A DNA stretch of 64,000 nt from Eubacteriales bacterium (GCA_045612385.1 JAZKYZ010000022.1:12631-76630); one strand, 5' to 3'; positions 10,003 through 19,545 are shown, counted from the first letter of the stretch. Notes: generated by a model not told the origin, from the sequence alone. Numbers and translations: made by a program.

Positions 10003-10521
10003 ATGAACAAAAACACGAAAAAATCCCTACTTTTGTTGACAAGATGTGGCATTATTGCTGCTTTATACACTGCTTTAACCTATATCAGCTTCCTGTTCGG
10101 ATTGGCAAGTGGTCCGATACAATTCCGACTTTCCGAAGCGCTTTGTATCCTTCCCGTATTCCTCCCTGAAGCAACGATAGGACTTACGATCGGATGCCTG
10201 CTCTCCAACCTCATCACAGGAGGACACATTCTCGATATTCTCTTTGGAACGCTGGCAACAACGCTTGGCGCTTTAGGAACACGAGCGCTCTGTCGCTTCA
10301 AGCGTTTCCCTTATCTTCTCTATTCCCTGCCGACAGTGCTTTCTAACGCTGTCATTGTTCCACTGGTCCTCTGCTATACCCTAAACAATGGATTTTCTCA
10401 CGCCTTTTTCTGGCCGACGGTCGGCTCGGTGGCTTTGGGAGAAGGAGTGGTTTGCTTTTTACTCGGCACCCTTCTTTATCTCTCTATTAAAAAAAGGCCA
10501 GAGATTCTCGGGGTAAAGTAA
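10003..10521 (+). CDS. queT: queuosine precursor transporter QueT
   Basis: Small polytopic membrane protein (IIAALYTALTYI, FRLSEALCILPVF) preceded by a preQ1 riboswitch. Confidence 0.8.
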   Translation: MNKNTKKSLLLLTRCGIIAALYTALTYISFLFGLASGPIQFRLSEALCILPVFLPEATIGLTIGCLLSNLITGGHILDILFGTLATTLGALGTRALCRFKRFPYLLYSLPTVLSNAVIVPLVLCYTLNNGFSHAFFWPTVGSVALGEGVVCFLLGTLLYLSIKKRPEILGVK

Positions 10522-10604
10522 TAACCAAGCGCATATATGAGGGAAAGGATATCTGAAAAAATACACAGATTGCTATTCTGCGCTTTCACAGGGCAATCCT
10601 ACAC

Positions 10605-10636
10605 GACGGAGAGGCTTACGCTTCTCCGTCTTTTTT
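10605..10636 (+). terminator. intrinsic terminator after queT
   Basis: GACGGAGA/TCTCCGTC stem followed by TTTTTT. Confidence 0.8.
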
Positions 10637-10668
10637 CGTCCAAAAAACAAAAACTCCTAAAAAAATAC

Positions 10669-10697
10669 TTGACAAGTTCTTTATAGGATGATATAAT
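10669..10697 (+). promoter_or_regulatory. consensus sigma-A type promoter
   Basis: TTGACA (10669-74), 17-nt spacer, TATAAT (10692-97). Confidence 0.75.
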
Positions 10698-10739
10698 AAA
10701 TTTGAATAATTATAAGTATTTAAAAGATTTGGAGGGGTT

Positions 10740-11114
10740 ATGAAAAAACAGATTCGCGAAGTTCGTTTGGTCGACCTCGCCCAGTATCTTCTCCTCCCCT
10801 TCATCATTATCCTTGCGATATTCACTACTGTCGCACTCACCTGTCGGTGGTACCCCGATATACCGTCGGTATATTTCATCCTGATTGGCGCTGTGCTTTC
10901 GATATTTATGCTACGCAATTTCACGATTGGGCTGGTGCTTCTTTACAAAGCAGTAGCACCAATGTCGATGCGGGATCGTTGCCGTTTTGAGCCATCTTGC
11001 TCGACTTATATGATTATGGCGTTGCAAAAATATGGTTTTTTCGTCGGTGTTTATAAGGGCATTCGGCGAATTTGTCGTTGCCACCCACCGAATGGTGGCG
11101 AGGACCTGCCATAA
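10740..11114 (+). CDS. yidD: membrane protein insertion efficiency factor YidD with N-terminal two-TM extension
   Basis: C-terminal YidD signature CRFEPSCSTY...RRICRCHPPNGGEDLP. The first about 60 aa are hydrophobic and are not part of a canonical YidD. Confidence 0.8.
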   Translation: MKKQIREVRLVDLAQYLLLPFIIILAIFTTVALTCRWYPDIPSVYFILIGAVLSIFMLRNFTIGLVLLYKAVAPMSMRDRCRFEPSCSTYMIMALQKYGFFVGVYKGIRRICRCHPPNGGEDLP

Positions 11115-11158
11115 ATGATTTTTGATTTATTTGTCTCATTATGATAAGGAGATCTCAT

Positions 11159-13663
11159 ATGGATTCTATCAACCTCTATTTGAGTGGGCGTTGCCCCTAC
11201 TGCCATACGGTGCTCGACTATCTTGCGAGTGACGAGGCAGTGCATTGCCACGCGTGCGATCACGATGTGGCGACATCTTTGCTCTTGCTTGAATGTGTGA
11301 GCGAGGAAGAAGAAATTCTGGAAGAAGACCGTTTCGCTATGGAAAATGTTACGACGGTCAGCGCAGGACTTGTATATTTTAATCATTTCTGCGAGACGTT
11401 CGACTGGGATGCTTTTGCGACCTCATCTTCCCTGACTCTGCCAAGATTCAATGCGATTGCAGAATCCTATAAGCTGAAATTTGCGACCAATCCTTTGACG
11501 TATGTTTTGGATTTCCGTAGAATCGTCGTGCCTGTCGCGAAGAAAATCGAAGCGCTCAAAAAGATTGAGAACGAGCTGATTTCTCGTCGTGCATCCGATA
11601 TCTCTGTGCTTTACTCGTACTTTGATAAGTATTCCTGCCTTGCAGAATCTATCCACGAGGAAAAGGAAGCAATGAAGCGTACGCTTCTTCAGGACATTGA
11701 GTTGGCGCAAAAATACGGAGCAGACCCCGAAATCGTTGAAAATCTCAAAAAGAATTTTACGGAATTCGTTGCTGCTCTGGAAGCTGTGAAGCCTGCTGAT
11801 GATCTCAAGCAAAGTGGTGTATTCACTCGCTACAAGAACGAAAAGGACAACACGCTGGCACGTGAGTTAGCAGAGGTCGGCATTGACGCGCAAGCAACCT
11901 ATGAGAGAGCCATTTCTCTTCTGGACGGCGAGGATATCGAAAATGCCCTTCATCTGCTCCTTTCCATTCGTGGTTACAAGGACAGCGCTGCAATTATCGA
12001 AAAGCATTCTAAGGTCTTTACATACAACGGCGAGTTCATTGAGCTTGGTGGTAAGGTATTCTATCTGCGTGACGGTGTGAACACCTATTTTGATGTCAAT
12101 GACCCCACAGGATACAAGAAATGTGCCTGCAAGAATCTTTACGAAATCGTAGGTGGCGTTCCTGCTACAAGACCTACCGTAACGGGTATCACCCGTCTGC
12201 TCGGCGCTTTCGGTACTCGTATTTACTTTATCAAGAACGATACGAACATCTGCACATACAACACCAAGAAGAGTGACGTTTTCGTTCCAGAGCAGATTCT
12301 CTACACGGCTCCCGCCGGTGACTTTGCGATTGATGATGCGTACAATACCATAAAATACACAGAGGACGGTAGCCGTTTCTTCGTACGTAAGAAACTGCGC
12401 TCCCCCGAAGAAGAAAAGCGTGGTTGCGCTCTCTTCAAAAAGAAAAAGAAAACACCTCGTGTGGATCGCAGAAACAACTATACGATTGTCCTTGTCGATA
12501 TGGACAATGTAACGGCAAAAGAAATCCTGCCGGAAGTAATAGATGTTATGGACTACTTCGGCGACAGTATTTTCTACACCTACCTCTCTCCCGAAACAGC
12601 ACGTCCTTCCTTCCACGTTTTCAATATCAAGACAGAAAGCGACGAGGCGATTCTCGACTCCGACTGTGTCATCCACGCAATGATTGGCACGAAGATTATC
12701 TACTCGGTATATGCGCCGAACGCATACAACCTTGACCTTAATGTCATTGATCTTAAGACCAAACAGCCGACTCTGATTTGCAAAAATATATGTGCGTATT
12801 ATGCGAACTCCGGCGATAAGATTTTCTACACCGTAGGAAGCGCGAATCTGGCGCGTCTGTATTCTTATGATCTGAACACAGAGCAAAGCGCAGAAATGCT
12901 TGCTTCTATCGGAGATATCGTAAGTCTTGGAGAAGAATACCTTTACTATATGAAGGGCAACGATCGCAATGCTGTCCTGATGCGTGTTTCGACGGACGGC
13001 AAGGAAACGCTCCGTATCGCTTCTCGCGTATGTCGCATTGTTCGTATGTCGGCAGGTGTTATCTATTACGTCAACTCTCGTGACGAACTCCATATGGTTC
13101 GTACCGACGGTAGACACGACCACACCATTGCACGTGAGGTTTCTCGTGACGATATCATCATTGACGATAAGAACATTTATTATCTGCGTCGTGAGATGGT
13201 CGGTGACATCAGCACAGAAGCAGATGGTTATTCCTACTCGCTCTATACCACAACTCTTAAGGGTACGGAACTGAAGAAGGTAGCGTTCAATGTCGTGTCC
13301 ATCAAGGAATTCGACGAGAAGAACATTTACCTTTGCACAAAGGAAAATGCCTCCTTCACAATCACCCGTCCTGTGGACGTTGAGAACTTTGAGGTAGAAG
13401 AATACACTTCCCTTCTCACCTCTTATAAGAAGCTTTACAAACCGACAGGAAAAATTCTTGATGTCCTCACCATTGGTATTCCCACTGCGGAAAGCCGTGA
13501 ATTCCGTGTAGGTTGCGCTCTCTTTAAGAAAACAAAGACAGTAAATGGCTCTGTAATAAAGAACGTTCGCCGTGACACCTATGTACGTACCGGTGTTGCA
13601 CGTATCGGTGCTGTATACGACGAGGAACTTGCTGCATTGGCAACTGCAGAAGAAGAAGCCTAA
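11159..13663 (+). CDS. large zinc-ribbon / DUF5050-like beta-propeller repeat protein
   Basis: N-terminal CPYC-x17-CHAC zinc ribbon. The C-terminal half carries repeated IYY/IFY...DG blades (DKIFYTV, EEYLYYMKG..VSTDGKE, GVIYYVNS..VRTDGRHD, KNIYYL). RBS AAGGAGA lies 6 nt before the ATG at 11159. Confidence 0.6.
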   Translation: MDSINLYLSGRCPYCHTVLDYLASDEAVHCHACDHDVATSLLLLECVSEEEEILEEDRFAMENVTTVSAGLVYFNHFCETFDWDAFATSSSLTLPRFNAIAESYKLKFATNPLTYVLDFRRIVVPVAKKIEALKKIENELISRRASDISVLYSYFDKYSCLAESIHEEKEAMKRTLLQDIELAQKYGADPEIVENLKKNFTEFVAALEAVKPADDLKQSGVFTRYKNEKDNTLARELAEVGIDAQATYERAISLLDGEDIENALHLLLSIRGYKDSAAIIEKHSKVFTYNGEFIELGGKVFYLRDGVNTYFDVNDPTGYKKCACKNLYEIVGGVPATRPTVTGITRLLGAFGTRIYFIKNDTNICTYNTKKSDVFVPEQILYTAPAGDFAIDDAYNTIKYTEDGSRFFVRKKLRSPEEEKRGCALFKKKKKTPRVDRRNNYTIVLVDMDNVTAKEILPEVIDVMDYFGDSIFYTYLSPETARPSFHVFNIKTESDEAILDSDCVIHAMIGTKIIYSVYAPNAYNLDLNVIDLKTKQPTLICKNICAYYANSGDKIFYTVGSANLARLYSYDLNTEQSAEMLASIGDIVSLGEEYLYYMKGNDRNAVLMRVSTDGKETLRIASRVCRIVRMSAGVIYYVNSRDELHMVRTDGRHDHTIAREVSRDDIIIDDKNIYYLRREMVGDISTEADGYSYSLYTTTLKGTELKKVAFNVVSIKEFDEKNIYLCTKENASFTITRPVDVENFEVEEYTSLLTSYKKLYKPTGKILDVLTIGIPTAESREFRVGCALFKKTKTVNGSVIKNVRRDTYVRTGVARIGAVYDEELAALATAEEEA

Positions 13664-13681
13664 ATAGAAATGTGTTCACCT

Positions 13682-13719
13682 GACGGCAAAGAGGTTTTCC
13701 CTCTTTGCCGTCATTTTTT
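13682..13719 (+). terminator. intrinsic terminator
   Basis: GACGGCAAAGAGG/CCTCTTTGCCGTC stem followed by ATTTTTTG. Confidence 0.85.
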
Positions 13720-13785
13720 GATAAAACAAAAAAATCTCCCTTTACAACGTTTGTGTCCCCTTCAGCGAACAAGAAAAAGCATCTA

Positions 13786-13857
13786 CAAAAAACTACCGAA
13801 TATCGGTGCATATCAAAGAACAATTCCTTGATGCGTACCAATATTCGGTAGTTTTTT
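13786..13857. terminator. long bidirectional hairpin flanked by A- and T-runs
   Basis: AAAAAACTACCGAATAT ... ATATTCGGTAGTTTTTT. Confidence 0.55.
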
Positions 13858-13871
13858 GTCGAATGTTATGA

Positions 13872-13927
13872 TAAATAGGGAAAAAGAAAAGGGATGGAAA
13901 GGGGTAGCAGGTTACCCCTTTCCATCC
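13872..13927 (-). terminator. rplL terminator
   Basis: Perfect 15-bp stem GGATGGAAAGGGGTA/TACCCCTTTCCATCC just downstream of the rplL stop, followed on the minus strand by CTTTTCTTTTT. Confidence 0.8.
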
Positions 13928-13947
13928 TCAATGAAGATAGAATGAAA

Positions 13948-14322
13948 TTACTTAACTTCAACTTCTGCGCCTGCAGCCTTGAGCTGTTCAGCAACCTTTT
14001 CAGCCTCTTCTTTGGAAACGCCTTCCTTGATGGTCTTGGGAGCCGCTTCAACAAGATCCTTAGCGTCCTTAAGGCCGAGACCAGTAAGTTCGCGAACAAC
14101 CTTGATAACGTTGAGCTTGGAAGCACCAGCTGCCTTAAGAACAACGTCGAATTCGGTCTTTTCTTCTGCTGCGGGAGCTGCTGCTGCGCCAGGAGCTGCT
14201 GCAACTGCTACGGGAGCTGCGGATACACCGAACTCCTCTTCGAGTGCTTTAACAAGGTCTGCAAGTTCAAGAATGGTGAGACCTTTAACGAGTTCAAGAA
14301 TTTGAGTGGACTTTTCGTTCAT
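13948..14322 (-). CDS. rplL: 50S ribosomal protein L7/L12
   Basis: [20 protein letters not shown], an Ala-rich hinge, and [12 protein letters not shown]. Confidence 0.97.
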   Translation of the reverse strand: MNEKSTQILELVKGLTILELADLVKALEEEFGVSAAPVAVAAAPGAAAAPAAEEKTEFDVVLKAAGASKLNVIKVVRELTGLGLKDAKDLVEAAPKTIKEGVSKEEAEKVAEQLKAAGAEVEVK

Positions 14323-14372
14323 TTTTATAATCCTCCAAAATATTTATTCAAAAATTATTTATTATGCAGAGA

Positions 14373-14903
14373 TTACGCTTCTGCAGGCGCTTCGGTGGTT
14401 TCTTCGCCACCATTTTCTTTGTCGATCTTTCCTTGAAGAACATAAGCAAAACCATAAAGAGAGGACATAAGGCTGCCCATCATCTTTGCGATAAGAACTT
14501 CCTTAGAAGGTGTCGCTGCGAGTGCTTCAACAGCTGCTGCATCAATGACACCACCGTCAACAAAACCAGCTTTGATTTCAAAGGTCTGGATCTTGTCAGC
14601 GAAGGTCTTGATAATCTTAGCGGGAGCGAGAGGATCATCCTGGCTGATTGCGATAGCAGTCATACCACTGAGGTGTTCCTTCATCTCACCAAGACCAGCG
14701 ATTTCGCACGCTCTACCTGTGAGGGTGTTCTTCATGACAGTGTACTCAACGCCTGCTTTGCGGAGCGCAGCACGCAGTTCAGTATCCTGTGCAACGGTAA
14801 TGCCTTCGTACTTAACAAGAACGCCTGCCTGAGCGCTTTGCAACTTCTGTGCAAGAGTCTCAACGACCTGCTTCTTCTGTTCAAGAATCTTATTACTTGG
14901 CAT
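14373..14903 (-). CDS. rplJ: 50S ribosomal protein L10
   Basis: MPSNKILEQKKQVVETLAQKL... Start taken at the ATG at 14903 after GGAGG. Short acidic C-terminal tail. Confidence 0.93.
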   Translation of the reverse strand: MPSNKILEQKKQVVETLAQKLQSAQAGVLVKYEGITVAQDTELRAALRKAGVEYTVMKNTLTGRACEIAGLGEMKEHLSGMTAIAISQDDPLAPAKIIKTFADKIQTFEIKAGFVDGGVIDAAAVEALAATPSKEVLIAKMMGSLMSSLYGFAYVLQGKIDKENGGEETTEAPAEA

Positions 14904-15055
14904 TGTTCTACCTCCATTTAAATTCAAATAAAAAATCCCTTCCGGCATAAAGACATAACTATACCGAGAAAGGACACACAAACAAAATATTTGATTTGAT
15001 GTCGCCTCGGCAGGAAAGCTATGCTTTTACTGGAACCTGCTGTCTTAGGATAACA
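14904..15055 (-). promoter_or_regulatory. ribosomal protein L10 leader (autoregulatory attenuator), putative
   Basis: About 150-nt 5' UTR between a consensus promoter and rplJ. It contains CCUAAGACAGCAGG...CCUGCCGAGG helices and a terminator-like hairpin (UCCUUUCUCGGUAU/AUGCCGGAAGGGA) followed by U6 just before the SD. Confidence 0.55.
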
Positions 15056-15060
15056 CAAGT

Positions 15061-15089
15061 ATTATACACGATTGAACGCTGTTTGTCAA
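15061..15089 (-). promoter_or_regulatory. consensus promoter for rplJL
   Basis: Minus strand: TTGACA (15089-84), 17-nt spacer, TG-extended TATAAT (15066-61). Confidence 0.75.
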
Positions 15090-15204
15090 GGGGTTTTTGA
15101 AAAATTTTTCATCTTTTTTTCGACGCTTTTTTTCGCAGGGTACTTGCCCTTCGCCATTTCTTGTTGTATAATAGATGTATCTTATCGCTTGAGGTATAAA
15201 TAGT

Positions 15205-16386
15205 ATGAAACATATTGCGATTTTAGGCTTTGGCGTCGTCGGTGGTGGCGTGGCAAGCCTTCTTACAGATAACAAAAAAGAACTTACCTCTCTACTTGGG
15301 GACGAGGTGTCGATTGACTATATTTTAGATTTAAGAGAATTCCCCGACTCGCCCTTTGGTAGCAAGGTTGTACACGATTTCAACATTATATTAAATAGTG
15401 ATGTCGATACGGTGATTGAGGCTATGGGAGGCTCTCACCCTGCTTACGAATATACGGTGGCGTGCCTGAAGGCAAAAAAGAATGTGATTACCTCAAACAA
15501 GGAGGTTGTTTCACTATATCTGGATGAATTTCTCTCTTTGGCAAAGGAAAACGGCGTCGTTTATCGTTTTGAAGCGAGCGTAGGTGGTGGTATTCCTGTC
15601 ATTTCTCCTCTGATTTCTCTGCTTCGCCATAATAAAATAAAGGAAGTACGAGGAATTCTTAACGGAACGACAAACTATATTTTAACAAAGATGTTCTCTT
15701 TTGGCGAGAGTTTTGAAAATGCGCTCGCAGATGCGCAGGCAAGGGGCTATGCCGAGAGAATTCCGGATGCCGACGTGCTTGGCACTGACGCGGCAAGAAA
15801 AATATCCATTCTCGCTTCTTTGGTCGGAGAAAAACTGGTAGATGTCAGCGAGGTCTATACAGAGGGTATCACGAAAATTCGTGGCGAGGACATTGCAAGG
15901 CTGGCAAAATGTCATCACAGCGTAAAGCTGATTGGACGCGCTGTTTTTGAGGACTCGCTGACGGTTCTTGTATCCCCACACGCTGTGCCGAATGACAACC
16001 CACTCGCGAATGTAAAAGGTGTTTATAATGCGGTGGAGGTTGTGGCAGAGCCACTTGGAAATGTGATGTTTTACGGTCAGGGAGCAGGCGCCGGCGCGAC
16101 AGCCTCTGCAATGGTTTCCGACCTCACACTCACCTATCTTGAGGGAAGTCATTATGCTGTTCCTAAGGTAAAGGAGAAGGCTTCCATTTCATCTTTTTAT
16201 GCGATGCCCTGCCGTTTTTATGTCGTGGTGAAGGTTGGGGGCGCCTCTGTGATTCCTGAAGGATTCTTAGAGATAGAACGCACCGAAAGCGAAGTCGCCT
16301 ATTTTACTGACACAACAACATTACACAACCTTCTTCAAGTGGTAAATGCTACTGAAATGTTAACAATTCTTCCCATTCTTGAATAA
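15205..16386 (+). CDS. hom: homoserine dehydrogenase
   Basis: IAILGFGVVGGGV NAD-binding site and GILNGTTNYILTKM motif. Confidence 0.9.
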   Translation: MKHIAILGFGVVGGGVASLLTDNKKELTSLLGDEVSIDYILDLREFPDSPFGSKVVHDFNIILNSDVDTVIEAMGGSHPAYEYTVACLKAKKNVITSNKEVVSLYLDEFLSLAKENGVVYRFEASVGGGIPVISPLISLLRHNKIKEVRGILNGTTNYILTKMFSFGESFENALADAQARGYAERIPDADVLGTDAARKISILASLVGEKLVDVSEVYTEGITKIRGEDIARLAKCHHSVKLIGRAVFEDSLTVLVSPHAVPNDNPLANVKGVYNAVEVVAEPLGNVMFYGQGAGAGATASAMVSDLTLTYLEGSHYAVPKVKEKASISSFYAMPCRFYVVVKVGGASVIPEGFLEIERTESEVAYFTDTTTLHNLLQVVNATEMLTILPILE

Positions 16387-17682
16387 TTTAACAAAGAAAA
16401 AGCGACGTGTCCCTTTCGGATGCGTCCTTTTTTCTTTCAGCAATGTCGCAAAAATTGCAATCGAAGTGAGGGTGGATAGCACAGAGAGGGTGGCGTGTGA
16501 GAGGACAATCAAAAGGGTGCTTTCCGATGTGCCACCAAAGGAAAGCGCAAGGAGAAAGAAAAGAGTAAACACAGGCGCGCACTTATCCTGACGAAGGAAA
16601 TGCAACATACGTCTTGCATAGACAAGATAGCAAAGACTGGATGAGGTTGCGAGAAAAATGATGGAAAATAACAGGGGGATAATATAACCCTTTCCAAAGG
16701 TCGGGCAGAAGGCTTGATAAAGAATCTCTCCAGCGTTTTTCGCCCCCTTTACTCCACCACTGACAAGGAAAGTCAAGGCGCTGATGGTACAGAGAAACGT
16801 GGTATCAAAAAGGACCTCCAGAACGCCTACGCATCCTGATGTTTCTACTGTGGCACGTTCCTCCTGCGCGAGGGCAGATGTGCCTGCGCCTGCCTCGTTT
16901 GAAAGCAGACCAGCGAGGTATCCCTCCTTTACGGCATTTTTTGTGAGTGTTCCGACAACACCTGCAATGGAGGGACGAATTCCATCAAATGCGCTTTGAA
17001 GGATATTTAAAAAAACATTTGGAAGCTCTTTATAATGTGTCGAAAGAACAACGAAACACATCACAAGATAGACGATACTCGCAAGGGGCAAGGTAACAGA
17101 CAAGATATGTAGAATCCGTGAGATCCTTCCAAAAACAACAGGGGCAAAGAGAAGCGCCAGTATCATAGCAAGTTCACCTTTCCCGATTTTCAGGTGCAAC
17201 GAGGCATTTTCAATCATAGCGCTCCCCTGCACGGCGCCACCGAGAACGAGAGCGAGAAAAAGAAAGGCAAAGGCATAAAGCAAAGAGAAAAATTGACCGA
17301 CACCACCCCCAAAGGTTTTCCGAAGAACGCCAGCCATTCCTCCTCCTTCTCCGTTTTTTGCCGTCAAGGTGGCTTCGGCATATTTGAGAGAAATGGCAAG
17401 GATGCTGGATAAAAGCATCCAAAACACGCTCCCCTCTCCACCAAGCAACAATGCGGCGCCAACACCTGTAATGTTGCCAACGCCGAGCGTACCTGACAGG
17501 GCAAGGAGAAGGGTTTTTCTTGTTTGTTTTTTCTCCTTGCGATCGCCCATAACCAATGGTGAAAAGAGTTTTTTAGGAGAAAGTAAAGTAGAGCGATAAT
17601 GAAAAAGGGTAAATACACCTGTGCCAGTGAGCATAAGAGGAAGAAGGGAAAACATAAAAACCTCCACAAAAGCATTCGCCAT
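16360..17682 (-). CDS. alanine/glycine:cation symporter (AGCS) family
   Basis: GVGNITGVGAALLLGGEGSVFWM signature; polytopic. The 3' end overlaps hom by 27 nt, convergently. Confidence 0.8.
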   Translation of the reverse strand: MANAFVEVFMFSLLPLMLTGTGVFTLFHYRSTLLSPKKLFSPLVMGDRKEKKQTRKTLLLALSGTLGVGNITGVGAALLLGGEGSVFWMLLSSILAISLKYAEATLTAKNGEGGGMAGVLRKTFGGGVGQFFSLLYAFAFLFLALVLGGAVQGSAMIENASLHLKIGKGELAMILALLFAPVVFGRISRILHILSVTLPLASIVYLVMCFVVLSTHYKELPNVFLNILQSAFDGIRPSIAGVVGTLTKNAVKEGYLAGLLSNEAGAGTSALAQEERATVETSGCVGVLEVLFDTTFLCTISALTFLVSGGVKGAKNAGEILYQAFCPTFGKGYIIPLLFSIIFLATSSSLCYLVYARRMLHFLRQDKCAPVFTLFFLLALSFGGTSESTLLIVLSHATLSVLSTLTSIAIFATLLKEKRTHPKGTRRFFFVKLFKNGKNC

Positions 17683-17721
17683 TCATCCAGCGTCAATCCA
17701 TCTCAAAAATGAAAAAAAGGA

Positions 17722-17751
17722 TAAAAAAAGGTACATACAAGCGTATGCACC
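17722..17751 (-). terminator. intrinsic terminator
   Basis: Minus strand: GGTGCATAC-GCTT-GTATGTACC followed by TTTTTTT. Confidence 0.75.
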
Positions 17752-17762
17752 TTTTTGGATTT

Positions 17763-18722
17763 TTATGTAGAGATTGCCTTATCATAGGTACGCATTGTTC
17801 TCTCGGTGACGAGGAGATAGGGCTCTGGTGAGCGTGTACCATTTACCATATTGCAAAAGGCTTCGATTTCGTAGGTCATATTATTTTCTATATGACATTG
17901 ATAAAGCGTCTTTGGCGCTTTTCCTCGCAAGGCAAGGATGATGCTCTCGGTAGCATTGATCCGATCAATCAAAAGAGAGCCTTTTTCGCCCTCAATAAGA
18001 GAAGGGCGTTTTCCGTCGGTAATTTTAGAATAATCGACTGTGGCAAAAAAGCCTTTCTCCGTATAATCCAAAGCAAGATGACCACACCCCATAAAGCCAT
18101 TGTGGAGGCGAACAAACAAGGGAGTAACGGCGCTTGGCTCGCCAAAGAGGGCTACAAGCAGATGCAGTGGGTAGATACCAATATCTGCGAGAGAGGAATT
18201 GCCGATTTCGGGGTTGAATGCATTTTGCACCTCGCCCTGTAAAAAAGCATCATAACGAGAGGAATACTGACAGTATTCAAAGGCAACACGACGTATTTTT
18301 CCGACGAGGGGCAAGTTCTCCTTTAAAACAGCAAAGGCAGGATCAAAGTCCGGACGCATTGCTTCCAGCAAAACTACACCATATTTTTCGGCTTCCTTCT
18401 TTAAAAGAAGGAAATCAGACAAATTTTCGGTGATGATTTTCTCACATAAGACGTGCTTTCCTGCGCGAATGGCAAGGAGAGCAGTATCAAGATGGGCAAA
18501 ATTTGGGTTTGCGATATAAACGGCATTGATGGTTTCGCTTAAAAGGGCGTGCGAATAATCAGTATACCTTTGGGGAATGCTATGCCGATCGGCAAAGGCA
18601 TTCGCTCGCTCCTCAGTGCGTGAATAGATTGCCTCAACAGTTGCGCCATCCACCTGATGGATAGCATCTACAAATCGGTCGGAGATGAAGTTCGTTCCGA
18701 CAATGAGAAAAGATAACTTCAT
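17763..18722 (-). CDS. Gfo/Idh/MocA family oxidoreductase
   Basis: MKLSFLIVGTNFISDRF Rossmann N-terminus and a HVLCEK motif. Confidence 0.75.
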   Translation of the reverse strand: MKLSFLIVGTNFISDRFVDAIHQVDGATVEAIYSRTEERANAFADRHSIPQRYTDYSHALLSETINAVYIANPNFAHLDTALLAIRAGKHVLCEKIITENLSDFLLLKKEAEKYGVVLLEAMRPDFDPAFAVLKENLPLVGKIRRVAFEYCQYSSRYDAFLQGEVQNAFNPEIGNSSLADIGIYPLHLLVALFGEPSAVTPLFVRLHNGFMGCGHLALDYTEKGFFATVDYSKITDGKRPSLIEGEKGSLLIDRINATESIILALRGKAPKTLYQCHIENNMTYEIEAFCNMVNGTRSPEPYLLVTERTMRTYDKAIST

Positions 18723-18723
18723 C

Positions 18724-19206
18724 TTATACAAACCTTGAAACAATCATCCAGACGATATAGGCAACCACGCCAATACCAATACCGACCCAAGCCCAATTCA
18801 AAAAGGTATTAAGACGCTGTTCCTGCTCTTCTTCACGTCGATCCAGTTCACGGTCCTCTTCGGTTTCCATCATATCTTCGGTTAACTCAAATTCTTCTGT
18901 GTCTTCTTCATCCAGAGAAAAATCATATGTTCCCTCTTCAATCGCCTGCGCGCGTTTTTTTGCTCTACCGAGATGAGAGGTAACGGCAAGAATAACAGGG
19001 GTGTCCTCGCTGTCGCTCGCAGCAAGAATCTCGCCGAGCTTCGCTATGGCACTCTTCGCTTGATCGGGCTCAACTGCGCCGATCGCCTCATCCATAAGCG
19101 CTTCGCATTCGGGGCAGATATAACGTGGAGTCATTGAACGTCCCATTGTCAGGACAGACGGAGTCTCCGATTCAAAATCTCTTTTGCAAACAGAACAATA
19201 ATGCAT
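18724..19206 (-). CDS. hypothetical zinc-ribbon protein with acidic linker and C-terminal TM helix
   Basis: CSVC...CPEC pairs, a D/E-rich segment, and the hydrophobic tail WAWVGIGIGVVAYIVWMIV. Confidence 0.5.
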   Translation of the reverse strand: MHYCSVCKRDFESETPSVLTMGRSMTPRYICPECEALMDEAIGAVEPDQAKSAIAKLGEILAASDSEDTPVILAVTSHLGRAKKRAQAIEEGTYDFSLDEEDTEEFELTEDMMETEEDRELDRREEEQEQRLNTFLNWAWVGIGIGVVAYIVWMIVSRFV

Positions 19207-19235
19207 TGTATTTTCCTCGTTTTGCTAATAATAGT

Positions 19236-19394
19236 TTACTTTTGTTCGGGTTTTGTGCCACGAAGCTGGGCGCGAACTTCTGCCATATACTCTGCACGAA
19301 GATCACTCTGCTCTCTTTTTTCTTCTTCGCTCAACGGGCGTGTTTTCGCAAGGCGAGCAAGCTCGTTGATTCGATCTACTTTTTTCTTTTCCAT
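19236..19394 (-). CDS. DUF896 (YnzC-like) small protein
   Basis: MEKKKVDRINELARLAKTRPLSEEEKREQSDLRAEYMAEVRAQLRG, 52 aa. The longer track ORF extends upstream into non-coding repeats. Confidence 0.7.
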   Translation of the reverse strand: MEKKKVDRINELARLAKTRPLSEEEKREQSDLRAEYMAEVRAQLRGTKPEQK

Positions 19395-19451
19395 AAAAAC
19401 CTTCTTTTTATGCGATATTGCCTGATTTTCACAGGCTTTTGTACTTCTTGT

Positions 19452-19480
19452 ATTATAACATATGATTGCCATTTTGTCAA
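19452..19480 (-). promoter_or_regulatory. consensus promoter
   Basis: Minus strand: TTGACA (19480-75), 17-nt spacer, TATAAT (19457-52). Confidence 0.7.
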
Positions 19481-19502
19481 CAAATATATCGACCTCTTCT
19501 GC

Positions 19503-19545
19503 GAGAAAAATGAGGAGAGAGTTCAGTTGGGGGCCGAACTCTCTC
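19503..19545 (-). terminator. intrinsic terminator
   Basis: Perfect 11-bp stem GGAGAGAGTTC/GAACTCTCTCC followed on the minus strand by TCATTTTTCTC. Confidence 0.7.

Noticed and set aside
11867-13123. 418-aa minus-strand ORF inside the DUF5050-like gene. Similar long antisense ORFs lie at 43178-44161, 44346-45137, 45177-45992, 49636-50634, 52982-53647 and 60374-61162.
   Set aside because: Each lies entirely antisense to a gene with clear family motifs. They have odd composition and no RBS. These are typical shadow ORFs.
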